This document shows positions 29,457-39,100 of a stretch of 64,000 nt of DNA, piece by piece. The notes beneath the pieces were generated by a model. That model ran no database searches. It was not told the DNA's origin and saw nothing but the letters and a program-made list of their open reading frames with translations. Source of the stretch: Azovibrio restrictus DSM 23866. GTDB taxonomy: Bacteria > Pseudomonadota > Gammaproteobacteria > Burkholderiales > Rhodocyclaceae. Both the position numbers and the translations under genes were made by a program. The number at the start of each line of letters is the position of its first letter. Position 1 is the first letter of the stretch. Location: assembly GCF_000429665.1 (NCBI RefSeq), contig NZ_AUCH01000018.1:25317-89316 (forward strand). Reading direction: 5' to 3'.

Positions 29457-30674
29457 CTATCCTTTCACACAAACCACCTGCCGCAAGGTATGCACCACCT
29501 CCACCAGCTCGCGCTGGGCGTGCATCACGGCGTCGATGTCCTTGTAGGCCATCGGGATTTCATCGATCACGTCACTGTCCTTGCGGCACTCCACATGGGC
29601 GGTGGCCTTGATCTGGTCGTCCACGGTGAAGCGGCGCTTGGCTTCGTTGCGGCTCATGGTGCGCCCGGCGCCGTGGCTGCAGGAGCAAAAGGACTCTTCG
29701 TTACCCAGGCCGCGCACGATGTAGCTGCGGGCGCCCATGGACCCGGGGATGATCCCGAGCTCGCCCTTCTTGGCCGACACGGCGCCTTTTCGCGTCACCA
29801 GCACCTCGCTTCCGAAGTGGGTTTCGCGCTGCACGTAGTTGTGGTGGCAGTTCACCGCTTCCACGTCGGCGGTGAAGGGCTTGGCGATGATCTGGCGTGC
29901 CGCCGCGACGACGTTGGTCATCATCACGTCGCGGTTACGCCGGGCAAAGTCCTGGGCCCAACCCACGGCTTCCACGTAATCGGCGAAGTGCTCGGCGCCT
30001 TCCTCGAAGTAGGCGAGATTCTTGTCCGGCAGGTTGGCGATGTGCTGGCGCATATCGGCCTGGGCCAGTTCGATGAAATGGCTGCCGATGGCGTTACCCA
30101 CTCCGCGCGAACCGGAATGCAACATGAACCAGACGTGATCGGCCTCGTCGAGGCAGACTTCGATGAAGTGGTTACCGGTTCCCAGGGTTCCCAGGTGTTT
30201 GTAGTTGTTGGTGTTCTTCAGGCGCGGGTATTTTTCGGTGATGCGCGTGAAGCCCGGCAGCAAGGCCGACCACATGGCGTCGACGGCTTCCGGCGGGTTT
30301 TCCCACGAGCCTTTATCGCGCCCGCTACGGGTCATGGTTCGCCCGTGCGGCACGGCAGCTTCGATGGCCGAGCGCAGGCCGTGCAGGTTATCCGGCAGGT
30401 CGCTGGCAGTCAGCGTGGTACGCGCCGCCATCATGCCGCAGCCGATATCGACGCCGACCGCCGCCGGGATGATCGCCCCTTGCGTCGGGATCACGCTGCC
30501 GATGGTCGAACCCTTACCCAGATGCACGTCCGGCATCACCGCCAGGTGGCGGAAGATGAAGGGCATCTTCGCAGTGTTCATCAGCTGTTTGCGGGCGTCG
30601 TCCTCGACCGGGACGCCTTCGGTCCACAGTTTGATCGGCTTGCCTTCGCTCACGTCTTGTACTTGATAGGGCAT
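29457..30674 (-). CDS. rtcB: RNA-splicing ligase RtcB (3'-phosphate/5'-OH RNA ligase)
   Basis: RtcB motifs GTLGTGNHFIE, HSGSRGVG, HNYV and the overall ~405-aa architecture are present. An AAAGGAAAG RBS precedes the start. Confidence 0.92.
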   Translation of the reverse strand: MPYQVQDVSEGKPIKLWTEGVPVEDDARKQLMNTAKMPFIFRHLAVMPDVHLGKGSTIGSVIPTQGAIIPAAVGVDIGCGMMAARTTLTASDLPDNLHGLRSAIEAAVPHGRTMTRSGRDKGSWENPPEAVDAMWSALLPGFTRITEKYPRLKNTNNYKHLGTLGTGNHFIEVCLDEADHVWFMLHSGSRGVGNAIGSHFIELAQADMRQHIANLPDKNLAYFEEGAEHFADYVEAVGWAQDFARRNRDVMMTNVVAAARQIIAKPFTADVEAVNCHHNYVQRETHFGSEVLVTRKGAVSAKKGELGIIPGSMGARSYIVRGLGNEESFCSCSHGAGRTMSRNEAKRRFTVDDQIKATAHVECRKDSDVIDEIPMAYKDIDAVMHAQRELVEVVHTLRQVVCVKG

Positions 30675-30728
30675 TTTTCTTTCCTTTCTTGGGCAGTGCT
30701 CCTGCCGGATTATTCGTTTTGCATTCTA

Positions 30729-30790
30729 CTGGTGGACACGGCGGGACTCGAACCCGCAGTAAGCCGCCATCGGGCATTACTCCGATGTGC
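30729..30790 (-). ncRNA. tRNA 3'-half-like module (T-arm + acceptor 3' strand + encoded CCA) in the rtcB leader
   Basis: The minus strand reads ...GCGGG-TTCGAGT-CCCGC-CGTGTCC-A-CCA, ending 55 nt upstream of the rtcB ATG. No matching 5' acceptor strand was found. A preceding hairpin (CATCGG-AGTAATGC-CCGATG) has an 8-nt loop. Confidence 0.5.
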
Positions 30791-30950
30791 GGGGAAGCTT
30801 TAAACGCGCGCCATTCGCGGAACCTTACGCAGACCCCGGAACTGCATCCTCAAATACCGCTCCCCGCTGAAGCTTTCGGTTTTACCCTTCACCGGTCTCG
30901 TCACTCGTTTACCGGCCGCTCGCCGTTTCGCGTTCGTGCCCTTGTTCGTT

Positions 30951-31370
30951 TCAATGCCCGTTGGCCAAAGCAGCCAGACGCGCCTGTTTTCTCAACAACC
31001 CGGCCTGTGACACCTGCCGGGCCAATTCCTTGCGTTGCCGTTCGCGCTGGCGGCAGGGACGGCAGCGTTTGGCGATGGCGTCTTGCGAACCGCCGATGGT
31101 TTCGTACCACCAGCGTTGCTGCTCGGCGGTCCACACGCAGGCCGCAGCGCAATCGCAGCAGGTGAAGGGCCTATCGACGTAGTAGCCGCGCAGCGCGAAG
31201 GGGCTCAGGCCATAGCTGTTATTGGCCATCAGCTTGCTGTAATCCACCGGCACGACAGGGCCGGGCGGCGGTGCAACAACCCGGTTGGCCGCTCGCGCTG
31301 CCAGGCGATGCAGCCGCCGCGCCGCCTTGATCTCGGCGCGGCGCTGTTTTCCGCTTTTGTAGCCTTCCAT
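30951..31370 (-). CDS. Hypothetical Cys-rich basic protein (139 aa)
   Basis: A clean ORF with Cys clusters (CCDCAAAC, CRPC). It sits between the SPFH gene and rtcB. Confidence 0.5.
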   Translation of the reverse strand: MEGYKSGKQRRAEIKAARRLHRLAARAANRVVAPPPGPVVPVDYSKLMANNSYGLSPFALRGYYVDRPFTCCDCAAACVWTAEQQRWWYETIGGSQDAIAKRCRPCRQRERQRKELARQVSQAGLLRKQARLAALANGH

Positions 31371-31432
31371 GTTCGTTTCTCCTTGCTATAGGCTGTTCGC
31401 CCTGCGCTCAGCTGCCCGCTCCAGCCAGGCAG

Positions 31433-32569
31433 CTACTTCGCCAGGGTCACCAACCCGTTCAACACCTGATCGAGGCCACCGAAGACCGAGATGCGGTCGA
31501 TCCGTTCGGCCACCCGCTCCAGGGTTTCCAGTTCCTTCAGGCGCAGGGCGACCGGGTTGTCTTCCATGACCTTGGCGGTGTTGAGCAGCGAGCGGGTCGC
31601 CGCCGTTTCCTCGCGCCGGCGCAGCACGTTGGCTTCCGCTGCCTTGCCGGCTTCCACCACCTGGGCCAGGATGGCTTTCATCTCGCCCGGCAGCACGATG
31701 TCCTTGACGCCGACACCGCCGATTTCCAGGCCGAAGCCGGCCAGTTTCCGGGTCACATGTTCGGCCACCACCTCGTCGATGAGCTGCTTGTTTTCCAGCA
31801 ATTCGTCCAGGTTGCGCGTCCCGACCGCCGCCCGCAGGCCGAACTGCAGTTCCCGGTAGAGGTGTTCGCCCGGCTTGGCCAGCCGGGCGAAGGCGCCGAG
31901 CACGTCATCGAAACGCCAGGTGGCGGCCAGGTTGAGGCGCAGGCCCACCTTGTCCCGGGTGAGGATTTCCTGGCCGGTCACTTCCATGGTCTGCCAGCGG
32001 GTATCCACCAGCTCCACCTGCAGGTCCCGGTTGAAGCGCCAGTAGGCCGTCACTCCGGGCTGCAGCAGGGGCTGCTGCACGCCGTCGATGCGCAGCAGAC
32101 CCACGTGGGCAGCCGGCACCTGCACCATGAAGACGCCGTTCAGTCCCAGCACCGGGCGGCCGCGCAGGGCGGGCTGCAGCAGGCGCTTCACCATTTCGGC
32201 CGGCAGGGCGGCGTCGGCCCGCAGGTCGAGCTTTTCCAGCCGCTGGCTCACCAGGCCGCGCCAGAACACCCGGCGGGCGGCGGGGGGCAGCACTTCCACC
32301 AGCACGTCGTTCTCGTAGCGCAGCCCCACCTCATCCTCGTTCAGGTCCATGCAGACGAAATGGCGCTCGGCCTCGGCCGGATCGTTCTGGCGCAGGTAGT
32401 CCACCAGCTCCGTGTCAGCCATGGGGGCATCGGTGTGCCATACGGTCAGCGACAGGGCGCCGAGCGGATCAAAAAAGTAATGGCGGCCCGGATTGAGGAT
32501 GCGCTCGAAATCCCCGTTGCGCAGCAGGGCGGCCCGTTCGTTCTTCTTCACGATGAAACGCTTCAACAT
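31433..32569 (-). CDS. SPFH/band-7 (stomatin/slipin-like) domain protein
   Basis: The C-terminal region GVKDIVLPGEMKAILAQVVEAGKAAEANVLRRREETAATRSL is typical of the SPFH family. It is the first ORF of the rtc operon. Confidence 0.7.
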   Translation of the reverse strand: MLKRFIVKKNERAALLRNGDFERILNPGRHYFFDPLGALSLTVWHTDAPMADTELVDYLRQNDPAEAERHFVCMDLNEDEVGLRYENDVLVEVLPPAARRVFWRGLVSQRLEKLDLRADAALPAEMVKRLLQPALRGRPVLGLNGVFMVQVPAAHVGLLRIDGVQQPLLQPGVTAYWRFNRDLQVELVDTRWQTMEVTGQEILTRDKVGLRLNLAATWRFDDVLGAFARLAKPGEHLYRELQFGLRAAVGTRNLDELLENKQLIDEVVAEHVTRKLAGFGLEIGGVGVKDIVLPGEMKAILAQVVEAGKAAEANVLRRREETAATRSLLNTAKVMEDNPVALRLKELETLERVAERIDRISVFGGLDQVLNGLVTLAK

Positions 32570-32831
32570 TTTGTTCTCCCTTGCGTCGATGAAATCTGCC
32601 GGCTCACGCCGGTCCGGCGGATGCCCGGATTGGCCCTGGTGGGGGGGCTTGGGCTGCCGGGCGTCGGCACTGGCTACGGCCCGGACCTGTGGTCCGGACT
32701 GTGCGTCGCCTGACGCCCGGCAGCTTCACCCTGCCGCCAAGGCAGACCCGGGCACCGGGCCGGACCGGCGGCGGGTGCTTGCGCATGCCGCAGCCGGCGG
32801 GGTACTGCTGTAAGGCTGTCGTGTGAGGACA

Positions 32832-32905
32832 GTTTTGGAGCGGGATTCGAACCCGCGACACACCGTTGATGAGACGGTTGCTCTACCCGATTGAGCTATC
32901 CAATG
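32832..32905 (-). tRNA. tRNA-Met(CAU)-like gene, probably defective (pseudo-tRNA / tRNA mimic)
   Basis: The minus strand reads CATTGGA-TA-GCTC-AATCGGGTA-GAGC-A-ACCGT-CTCATCA-ACGGT-GTGTC-GCGGG-TTCGAAT-CCCGC-TCCAAAA. The D, anticodon and T arms are canonical with anticodon CAT. Position 37 is C, acceptor base pairs 1:72 and 2:71 are mismatched (C:A, A:A), and no CCA is encoded. Confidence 0.55.
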
Positions 32906-33030
32906 GAGGGATGACCGGGAATCGAACCCGGGCGAGCCACCAGGCACCCCGACATCGCTTTCCTGCAGCTGCGGCATACGGCGGAATGACCGGAAACTTC
33001 CTGATTCCACCGCACCGGCGGGGTTGGACC
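32904..33030 (-). ncRNA. tRNA-like module (T-arm CCGGG-TTCGATT-CCCGG + acceptor 3' TCATCCC-T-CCA) preceded by a stable hairpin (GGTGGAAT...ATTCCGCC); abuts the tRNA-Met-like element
   Basis: Read from the minus strand. No complementary 5' acceptor strand is present. The direct-repeat segments CCGGTCAT(T/C)CC occur twice. Confidence 0.45.
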
Positions 33031-33074
33031 CCCTGTCCCGTGGGCTTTGCTGCAAGTGGGCGACGGCTACTCTA

Positions 33075-33091
33075 TTGCGAGAGGCGTGCCA
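33075..33091 (-). promoter_or_regulatory. Candidate sigma54 promoter (TGGCAC-GCCTC-TCGCA on minus) for the tRNA-like-SPFH-rtcB-...-rtcA operon, presumably RtcR-dependent
   Basis: The plus strand TGCGAGAGGCGTGCCA is the reverse complement of TGGCACgcctcTCGCA. The -24 GG and -12 GC are correctly spaced, with one mismatch to TTGC. It lies between divergent rtcR and the operon. Confidence 0.55.
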
Positions 33092-33366
33092 GCTAGACGG
33101 TTGTGGCGCAAGTCATTGAATTAACGGGCTTGTGCTGGCGGACTGGGAGATGTGGTCTGCTAATTAACGATTTATTGTTATAGTTGTTTATAAATTTATC
33201 TATGCACTGAAGTGGCGGCTTGCTTTTTTGAGCCGCTGAAAAACCAACCCCTCCCGGCCTCCCCTTGTCAGGGGAGGAGCATCCGTCGCCACGCGATGGC
33301 ACTTCCCCCTGACAAGGGGGCTGGGGGGCCACCTTTTTTCCGGATGACCGTGAGATTCCCCTCCCC

Positions 33367-34953
33367 ATGAAAAAAACCGTCGTCATCGGCTTTGTCGGCA
33401 TCCAGCTCGACTATGCCGGCAAGGGCAGCGCCCGCTGGGAGAAGTGGCGGCCCACCGTCGCCCTGTGCCAGCAGGAAGACCTGGTCGTGCATAGGCTGGA
33501 AGTGATCCACGACGCGCGCAGCCGCAGCCTGGCCGAGCGCATCGGCAACGACGTCGCCCGCATTTCGCCGGAGACCGAGTTCAAGCGGCTGGAAATGGAA
33601 CTGCGCGACCCCTGGGATTTCGAGGAGGTGTACACCGCTCTGCACGACCTAGCGCGCAGCTATCCCTTCGATACCGAGAACGAGGATTACCTGATCCACA
33701 TCACCACGGGCACCCACGTGGCGCAGATCTGCTGGTTCCTGCTCGCCGAGGCGCACTACCTGCCGGCGCGCCTGTTGCAGACCTCGCCGCCGCGCAAGAA
33801 GGAGATCGCCAATTCGGTCGGCAGCTACGAGATCATCGACCTGGACCTGTCCCGCTACGACCGCATCGCCCAGCGTTTCGCCCGGGAGCGCGACGACAAC
33901 CTGTCCTTCCTCAAATCCGGCATCGCCACGCGCAACCCGGCGTTCAACCGGATGATCGAGCAGATCGAACAGGTCGCCGGCCGTTCGCGCGCGCCGATGC
34001 TGCTGGTCGGCCCGACCGGCGCCGGCAAGTCCTTCCTCGCCCGCCGCGTTTTTGAACTGAAACGCCAGCGCCAGCAACTGAAAGGCCGTTTCATCGAAGT
34101 GAACTGCGCCACCCTGCGCGGCGACTCGGCCATGTCCACCCTCTTCGGCCACAGCAAGGGCGCCTTTACCGGCGCGCAACAGGAACGGCCCGGCTTGCTT
34201 CGTTCCGCCGATGGCGGCCTGCTCTTTCTCGACGAAATCGGCGAACTCGGCCTCGACGAACAGGCCATGCTGCTCAAAGCCATCGAGGAAAAACGCTTCT
34301 TCCCCTTCGGCAGCGACCAGGAGGCAAGCAGCGACTTCCAGCTCATCGCCGGCACCCACCGCGACCTGCGCCAGTGGGTGCGCCAGGGCAAGTTCCGCGA
34401 AGACCTCTACGCCCGCATCAACCTGTGGACCTTCGACCTGCCCGGCCTCGCCGGCCGCCCGGAGGACATCGAACCCAACCTCGACTACGAGCTGGAACGC
34501 TTCGCCGCCGAACACGGCCAGCAGGTGCGTTTCAATGTCGAAGCAAGGCGCCGCTACCTGGCCTTCGCCACCTCACAGGCCGCGCGTTGGCACGGCAACT
34601 TCCGCGAATTGGGCGCTTCCCTCACCCGCCTCGCCACGCTGGCTACCGCCGGGCGCATCACGGAAAGCGACGTCGCCGACGAAATCGCCCGCCTCACCGC
34701 CACCTGGGCCGAAGAACCCACGGCCGACGCCTGCGCCCAGGTGCTTGGCGGCGAAGCGGACCAGCTCGACCTCTTCGACCGCAGCCAGTTGAATGCCGTC
34801 ATCGCCGTCTGCCGCGCCAGCCCCAGCCTGTCGGAGGCAGGGCGGCGGCTGTTTGCGGTATCGCGGGTGGAAAAGAAACAGAGCAACGACGCCGACCGGC
34901 TGCGCAAATACCTGGCCCGCTTCGGGCTTAGCTGGGGGGCGCTGCGGGGCTAG
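33367..34953 (+). CDS. rtcR: Sigma54-dependent transcriptional regulator RtcR (CARF sensor domain + AAA+ + HTH)
   Basis: The N-terminus MKKTVVIGFVGIQLDYAG is an RtcR/CARF signature. The AAA+ region has Walker A GPTGAGKS and the GAFTGA motif. Length is 528 aa. The gene is divergent from the rtc operon. Confidence 0.9.
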   Translation: MKKTVVIGFVGIQLDYAGKGSARWEKWRPTVALCQQEDLVVHRLEVIHDARSRSLAERIGNDVARISPETEFKRLEMELRDPWDFEEVYTALHDLARSYPFDTENEDYLIHITTGTHVAQICWFLLAEAHYLPARLLQTSPPRKKEIANSVGSYEIIDLDLSRYDRIAQRFARERDDNLSFLKSGIATRNPAFNRMIEQIEQVAGRSRAPMLLVGPTGAGKSFLARRVFELKRQRQQLKGRFIEVNCATLRGDSAMSTLFGHSKGAFTGAQQERPGLLRSADGGLLFLDEIGELGLDEQAMLLKAIEEKRFFPFGSDQEASSDFQLIAGTHRDLRQWVRQGKFREDLYARINLWTFDLPGLAGRPEDIEPNLDYELERFAAEHGQQVRFNVEARRRYLAFATSQAARWHGNFRELGASLTRLATLATAGRITESDVADEIARLTATWAEEPTADACAQVLGGEADQLDLFDRSQLNAVIAVCRASPSLSEAGRRLFAVSRVEKKQSNDADRLRKYLARFGLSWGALRG

Positions 34954-35027
34954 TGCTGCCCGGGAAAGGCGCCCCGGGGAGGGGCGCTGGAGGGGGTTGT
35001 CAGTTCCGGGGATCCCGGAGGCGGGCC

Positions 35028-35954
35028 TCAGGCTTCGCCCTTGAGGGCCAGGAATTCGTCGATCAGCCGGGCCAGGACTTCCTCTTCATCCCCGTCGCTG
35101 ACTCCCAGGAGCTGGGCCACCTGGCGCACCTTGCCCGGGTTCACCCGGCGTCGCACCACGGCCGGTTCCGGCGTGGCGCTTTCCCAGGGCGGGGGCTCGC
35201 TGGCCCCGGGGGCCGCCGCCGGGCTGTCGGCCGGGGTCGGGGCTGCAGGGCGGGCCGGGGCCGCATATTCAGCATCCGCTTCCGCCTGGGGCGGCTTGCG
35301 GGCCCGCTTCACCCCGGCCCGGACCAGCACCTGTTCCACCTCCTGGCGAGGCAGCTTTTCCCCTTCCGGCAGCTGGGCGATCCGTTCTATCAGTTCCCGG
35401 GCCTGGCCTTCATCCTTGCGGGCCAGCTTTTCCAGCTGCAGGGCGGTGCTGGTGCTGCCCAGCCGGCCCGTTTCCAGCAGGGCGTCCACTTCCGGGGAGA
35501 GGCGGGCGGCGGCCGTGGCCTGCTGCAGCCAGGCTCCCTTGCGGCCGAAATGTCCGGCGGCGGCCTCCTGGTCCTCGTAGCGGCGGGCGATGCGCGCGAT
35601 GGCCCGGGCCATGTCCCGGGGTTCCAGAGGCTGACGCACCCCCTGGCCCATGTTCTCGAACACCTGGAGTTCCAGGGCCTCTTCCGCCGAGCAGGAATGC
35701 ACCAGGGCCGGCACGGTCGCCAGCCCGGCTTCCCGGGCGGCCCGCCAGCGCCGCTCCCCGACGATCAGCCGGTACTGGCCGTTGGCGTCGGCAGGCTGCA
35801 CCAGCAGCGGATGGATCACCCCCAGGCGCTGCAGGGAGTTGACCAGGCCCTTGAGTTCTTCCGCGTCCAGCCGCCGCCGGGCATGGGCCGGGTCGGGAAT
35901 GATGCGCTCCACCGGAATGTGCAGGAATTCACGCTGGGAAATTTGCTCGGCCAT
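35028..35954 (-). CDS. ParB/Sulfiredoxin-like nuclease-domain protein with Ala/Pro-rich C-terminal region
   Basis: The ParB N-terminal-domain region reads IPVERIIPDPAHARRRLD...LIVGERRWRAAREAGLATVPALV. No partner parA is present. Confidence 0.7.
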   Translation of the reverse strand: MAEQISQREFLHIPVERIIPDPAHARRRLDAEELKGLVNSLQRLGVIHPLLVQPADANGQYRLIVGERRWRAAREAGLATVPALVHSCSAEEALELQVFENMGQGVRQPLEPRDMARAIARIARRYEDQEAAAGHFGRKGAWLQQATAAARLSPEVDALLETGRLGSTSTALQLEKLARKDEGQARELIERIAQLPEGEKLPRQEVEQVLVRAGVKRARKPPQAEADAEYAAPARPAAPTPADSPAAAPGASEPPPWESATPEPAVVRRRVNPGKVRQVAQLLGVSDGDEEEVLARLIDEFLALKGEA

Positions 35955-36139
35955 GGCCCCTCCAACAGTTCAGTCAGCCCCGCCGCCGGCGGGGAAAGGG
36001 GCCGGATGTTCCCCGTTTTCCGGGGGATTTTCAAGCTGCGGGATCGGCCCTGTTGCGGGACGGGGGCCCTGCCCAGGCCCTGGAGGGCTTGCCCTCCAGG
36101 GCCGCGGCTGGGCAGTTCGGGCCAGGCTTGTCCAGGATT

Positions 36140-39100
36140 TCAGATGCCGCCGCCGCTACGCCAGGCCTGGGTCAGTTTGGCCAGGGCCTGTTGGGTGGGG
36201 CCGGAAGGCCAGAGGGTGGCCAGCCAGTCCAGGTGCGCCGCCTGGGTTTCCAGGGTCTGGCGTTCCCGCAGGGCGGCGGCCTGAGCCTGGTAACGGCGGG
36301 CCAGGGCGGTGCCGAGGGCGGGATCTTCCAGGGCGGCGGGGCTGCCCGGGTGCAGCAGGCTGTGGCCCAGGGCGCTGACCCGCTCGGCTTCCAGCATCAG
36401 GAGGGCGTCACTGGAGTCCTGAGCCAGCTCCTGCAGCCAGACCTGGCCCTGGGCCTGCCATTCGGCCAGGGCCGCCGCCTGGCCCCGGGCGGCGAGGATC
36501 AGGGTGGCATCCAGGGCGGCCAGCAGGGCTGGCCCGTGGCAGGATTCGCCGCCGTCCCGGGCTAGGGTGCTGGCGCTCAGGCAGCTGGCGCGCATCTGCT
36601 CCAGGCTCTTCTCGGGATTGCGCCGGCTGTGCAGCCGGGCCAGGCTGAGGCAGGCCAGCCCCTGGGCCAGCCGGTAGCGGCGTCCGGCGTTTTCTCCCAG
36701 GGCCAGGGCGAGTTCCAGCCGCTTCAGGCCCTGTTCCACCAGGGCCAGCCCCTCCGCTTTGCCCTGCCGGAGTTCAGCCAGGCCCTGGAGGGTTTCCAGG
36801 GCGGCCAGGGCATCCACCATGTCCAGCCGGGCGCTGCCGTCGGCCTGGAGCAGGGCGGCCCGGTAATGGCTGATGGCCGGGGCCCAGCCGGGCTCTCCCA
36901 GTTCGCTCCAGGCAGCGGCCAGGCTGCCACGGATGGCGCCGTACTGGAGGAAGCGGCCTCGGGCCGCGTTTTCCAGGGCGTTCAGGCGGGCCTGGTAGCG
37001 CTCCCGGGCCGGGGCGTCGGTGAGGGTGAGCTGGCTGCGGGCGTGCAGCTGCAGCAGGTCGGTGTGGAACTGGGCCGGGTGCAGGTAGTCGGGCAGGCGT
37101 TCCTCGGCCCGGGGGTCGGGGGCCAGCTGGTAACGTTCATCCCCGTAGGCCTGGTAGGCGCCCCAGGTGTTGCAGTCCGGGTGCCGGGCATAGGTGGCCT
37201 GGCGGGCCTGCAGCACCGCGTCCCCCAGGGGGTGACCGGCCAGCATGGCGCTGTGGAAAGTGGTGGCGAAGGTTTCCGCAGCCTGGTCATCCACGGCCCA
37301 GCCGGCGGCCACTACCGCCTTGCAGCCCATTTCGATGAATTCGGTGGCCAGATTGGCCGCCAGCCTGCCCCAGCGGGGCCGGGCGTCGCCCGCCATGCTG
37401 CCCAGGTGGCAGCAGTTGATGAACACCAGTTCCGGCACCCGGCGCAGCTTGCTGATCTGGGCCGTGGTGAGATACACGCCGGCTTCCATCACCAGCCCGG
37501 TCTGGCCGGCGCCGGCCTCCGCCACCTGGCCGTGGGCGGCCAGGTGCATGACCTGGTATTCCCCGTCGAACAGGCGCGCCAGGATGTCCTGGCTGTCGGC
37601 CTGGTAGAGGGGCATGCAGCTGTAGGCCTGGGCTTCGTACAGCCCGGCCACGGCCCGGGCCTCCCGCTGGGCCCCGGGCAGTTCGACCAGGCCGGAACGG
37701 GTGTCGCCCAGGACCAGCAGCCGGCGGTTGCGCACCACCCGCACCTTGTTGCGCCCGTGGGGGCTGGCCAGCTGGCGGATCAGGCCGACCCGGCAGGCCA
37801 GGGGCTGGCCTCCGGCTTCCGGGCGCATCAGTTCCCAGGGATAGACCGCCGCCTTGTCGTCCACCCCCAGGATCAGGCCGCGCAGGTCGGCGATGGCCGC
37901 CTTGAGGCTGTTGGGGATCATCAGCTCGAACAGGGCCCGGGACAGGCCGGGCTGGTCCCGGGTGCTGCCGGTGGCGGCGCGCAGCAGGCCGTCCACCGCC
38001 TGGCGCTGATCGGGTTCCTCATCCACCCCGTTCCTGGCCTGGCTGGTGATCAGGGTGAAGCGCAGGGCCTCGCCCTGGGCGCCGGCGGTGACGTGCACCC
38101 GCGGCCAATGCTGGCTGCGGTCCTGGTCCTGGGCTTCCCCGGGGCCCCGGAAGGCGCCGGCGGCCCGGGCCAGGCTGCCGTCGTAGCTGAGGCAGTCCCG
38201 GTAGCGTTCTTCCCGCACCAGTTCCTGCAGGCTGCGGGCGGCGGCGATGGCCCGGGCTTCCTCCTCCTCGAACAGTTCCAGGCTGGCGATGGGGGCCAGG
38301 CCCGGGGTCTCCTGCAGGCGCCGGTTGGCTTCCCGCAGGGCGTCGGCCAGGCTGCGCAGGGCCAGGCTGAGTCCCAGGCCCCCGTAACCGCTGCCCACCA
38401 GCAGGGTGGCCAGGGACACCGGTTCGGGGGCGGAGGGCGAGCGCTGGGCGAGATTGCGCACGTACTCCAGCAGGCCCTGGGTCAGCAGCCGGGTGAGGCG
38501 GCCGGGGGTGAGATCACCCAGGCTGCCCAGCCCCAGCACCACGGCCCCGGGAAAGCGGCTGCCCGCCGGGGCCGGGAACACCAGCACCTCTCCGGCCCAG
38601 CCGTTGAAGCGGCCCAGGTTGCGGGCCTGCTCCAGGCCGCCTCCCAGCTGCTTGTTTACGAAGCCGACGCTGCCGCGCAGGGATTCATGGCTGTAGGCGC
38701 CCACCAGCACCGGGCTGCCGGCGTTGGCGAGGCTGCCGTGGGTGATGCCGATACGGGCGGGTTCGGCTTCTGCCGCCGCTGTCGGCTGGCCGGGGGCGGC
38801 GCCTCCCAGGGCGGCGGCTTCCACCTCTTCCGGGCTGGGGTAGATGCGCGGCGGCGCCAGGGGGGCAGGCTGGAATCCGCCGGGGCCCGCCGCGCGGCTG
38901 GCCGGGGGCGTGCCGGGCAGGGGGCAGCGGCCGGTCTGCAGCAGTTGCAGGTAGGCGGCAAAGCAGTCCTGGGCCCGCATCAGGTCCCCGTGGGCGGCCG
39001 GGGCATACCAGACCGGCACTCCGGCCGGGATGCCGGTGGCCCAGGCCACCCGGCCGTCACCCGCCTGGCTCCAGCGGATTTCCATCTGGCCGTCGTGACA

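Noticed and set aside
27089-30803. Plus-strand ORFs 27089..28432 and 29067..30803
   Set aside because: They are antisense to the NTase, HEAT and rtcB genes, and the rtcB motifs are clear on the minus strand.
32832-32905. Initiator tRNA-fMet (because of the C1:A72 mismatch and CAU anticodon)
   Set aside because: It lacks the three consecutive G:C pairs in the anticodon stem. It also has a 2:71 A:A mismatch, a C at position 37 and no CCA end, so a defective tRNA-like element is more likely.
30729-33030. tRNA 3'-end duplications as attL/attR of an integrated island
   Set aside because: The three T-arm/acceptor sequences differ from each other. No integrase or recombinase gene is present. The elements lie inside the rtc operon leader rather than at island borders.
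33253-33330. Sigma54 -24 element TGGCAC inside an inverted repeat upstream of rtcR
   Set aside because: It is followed by CCTGA rather than a TTGC -12 element. The inverted repeat is more likely a REP-like hairpin or regulator site.
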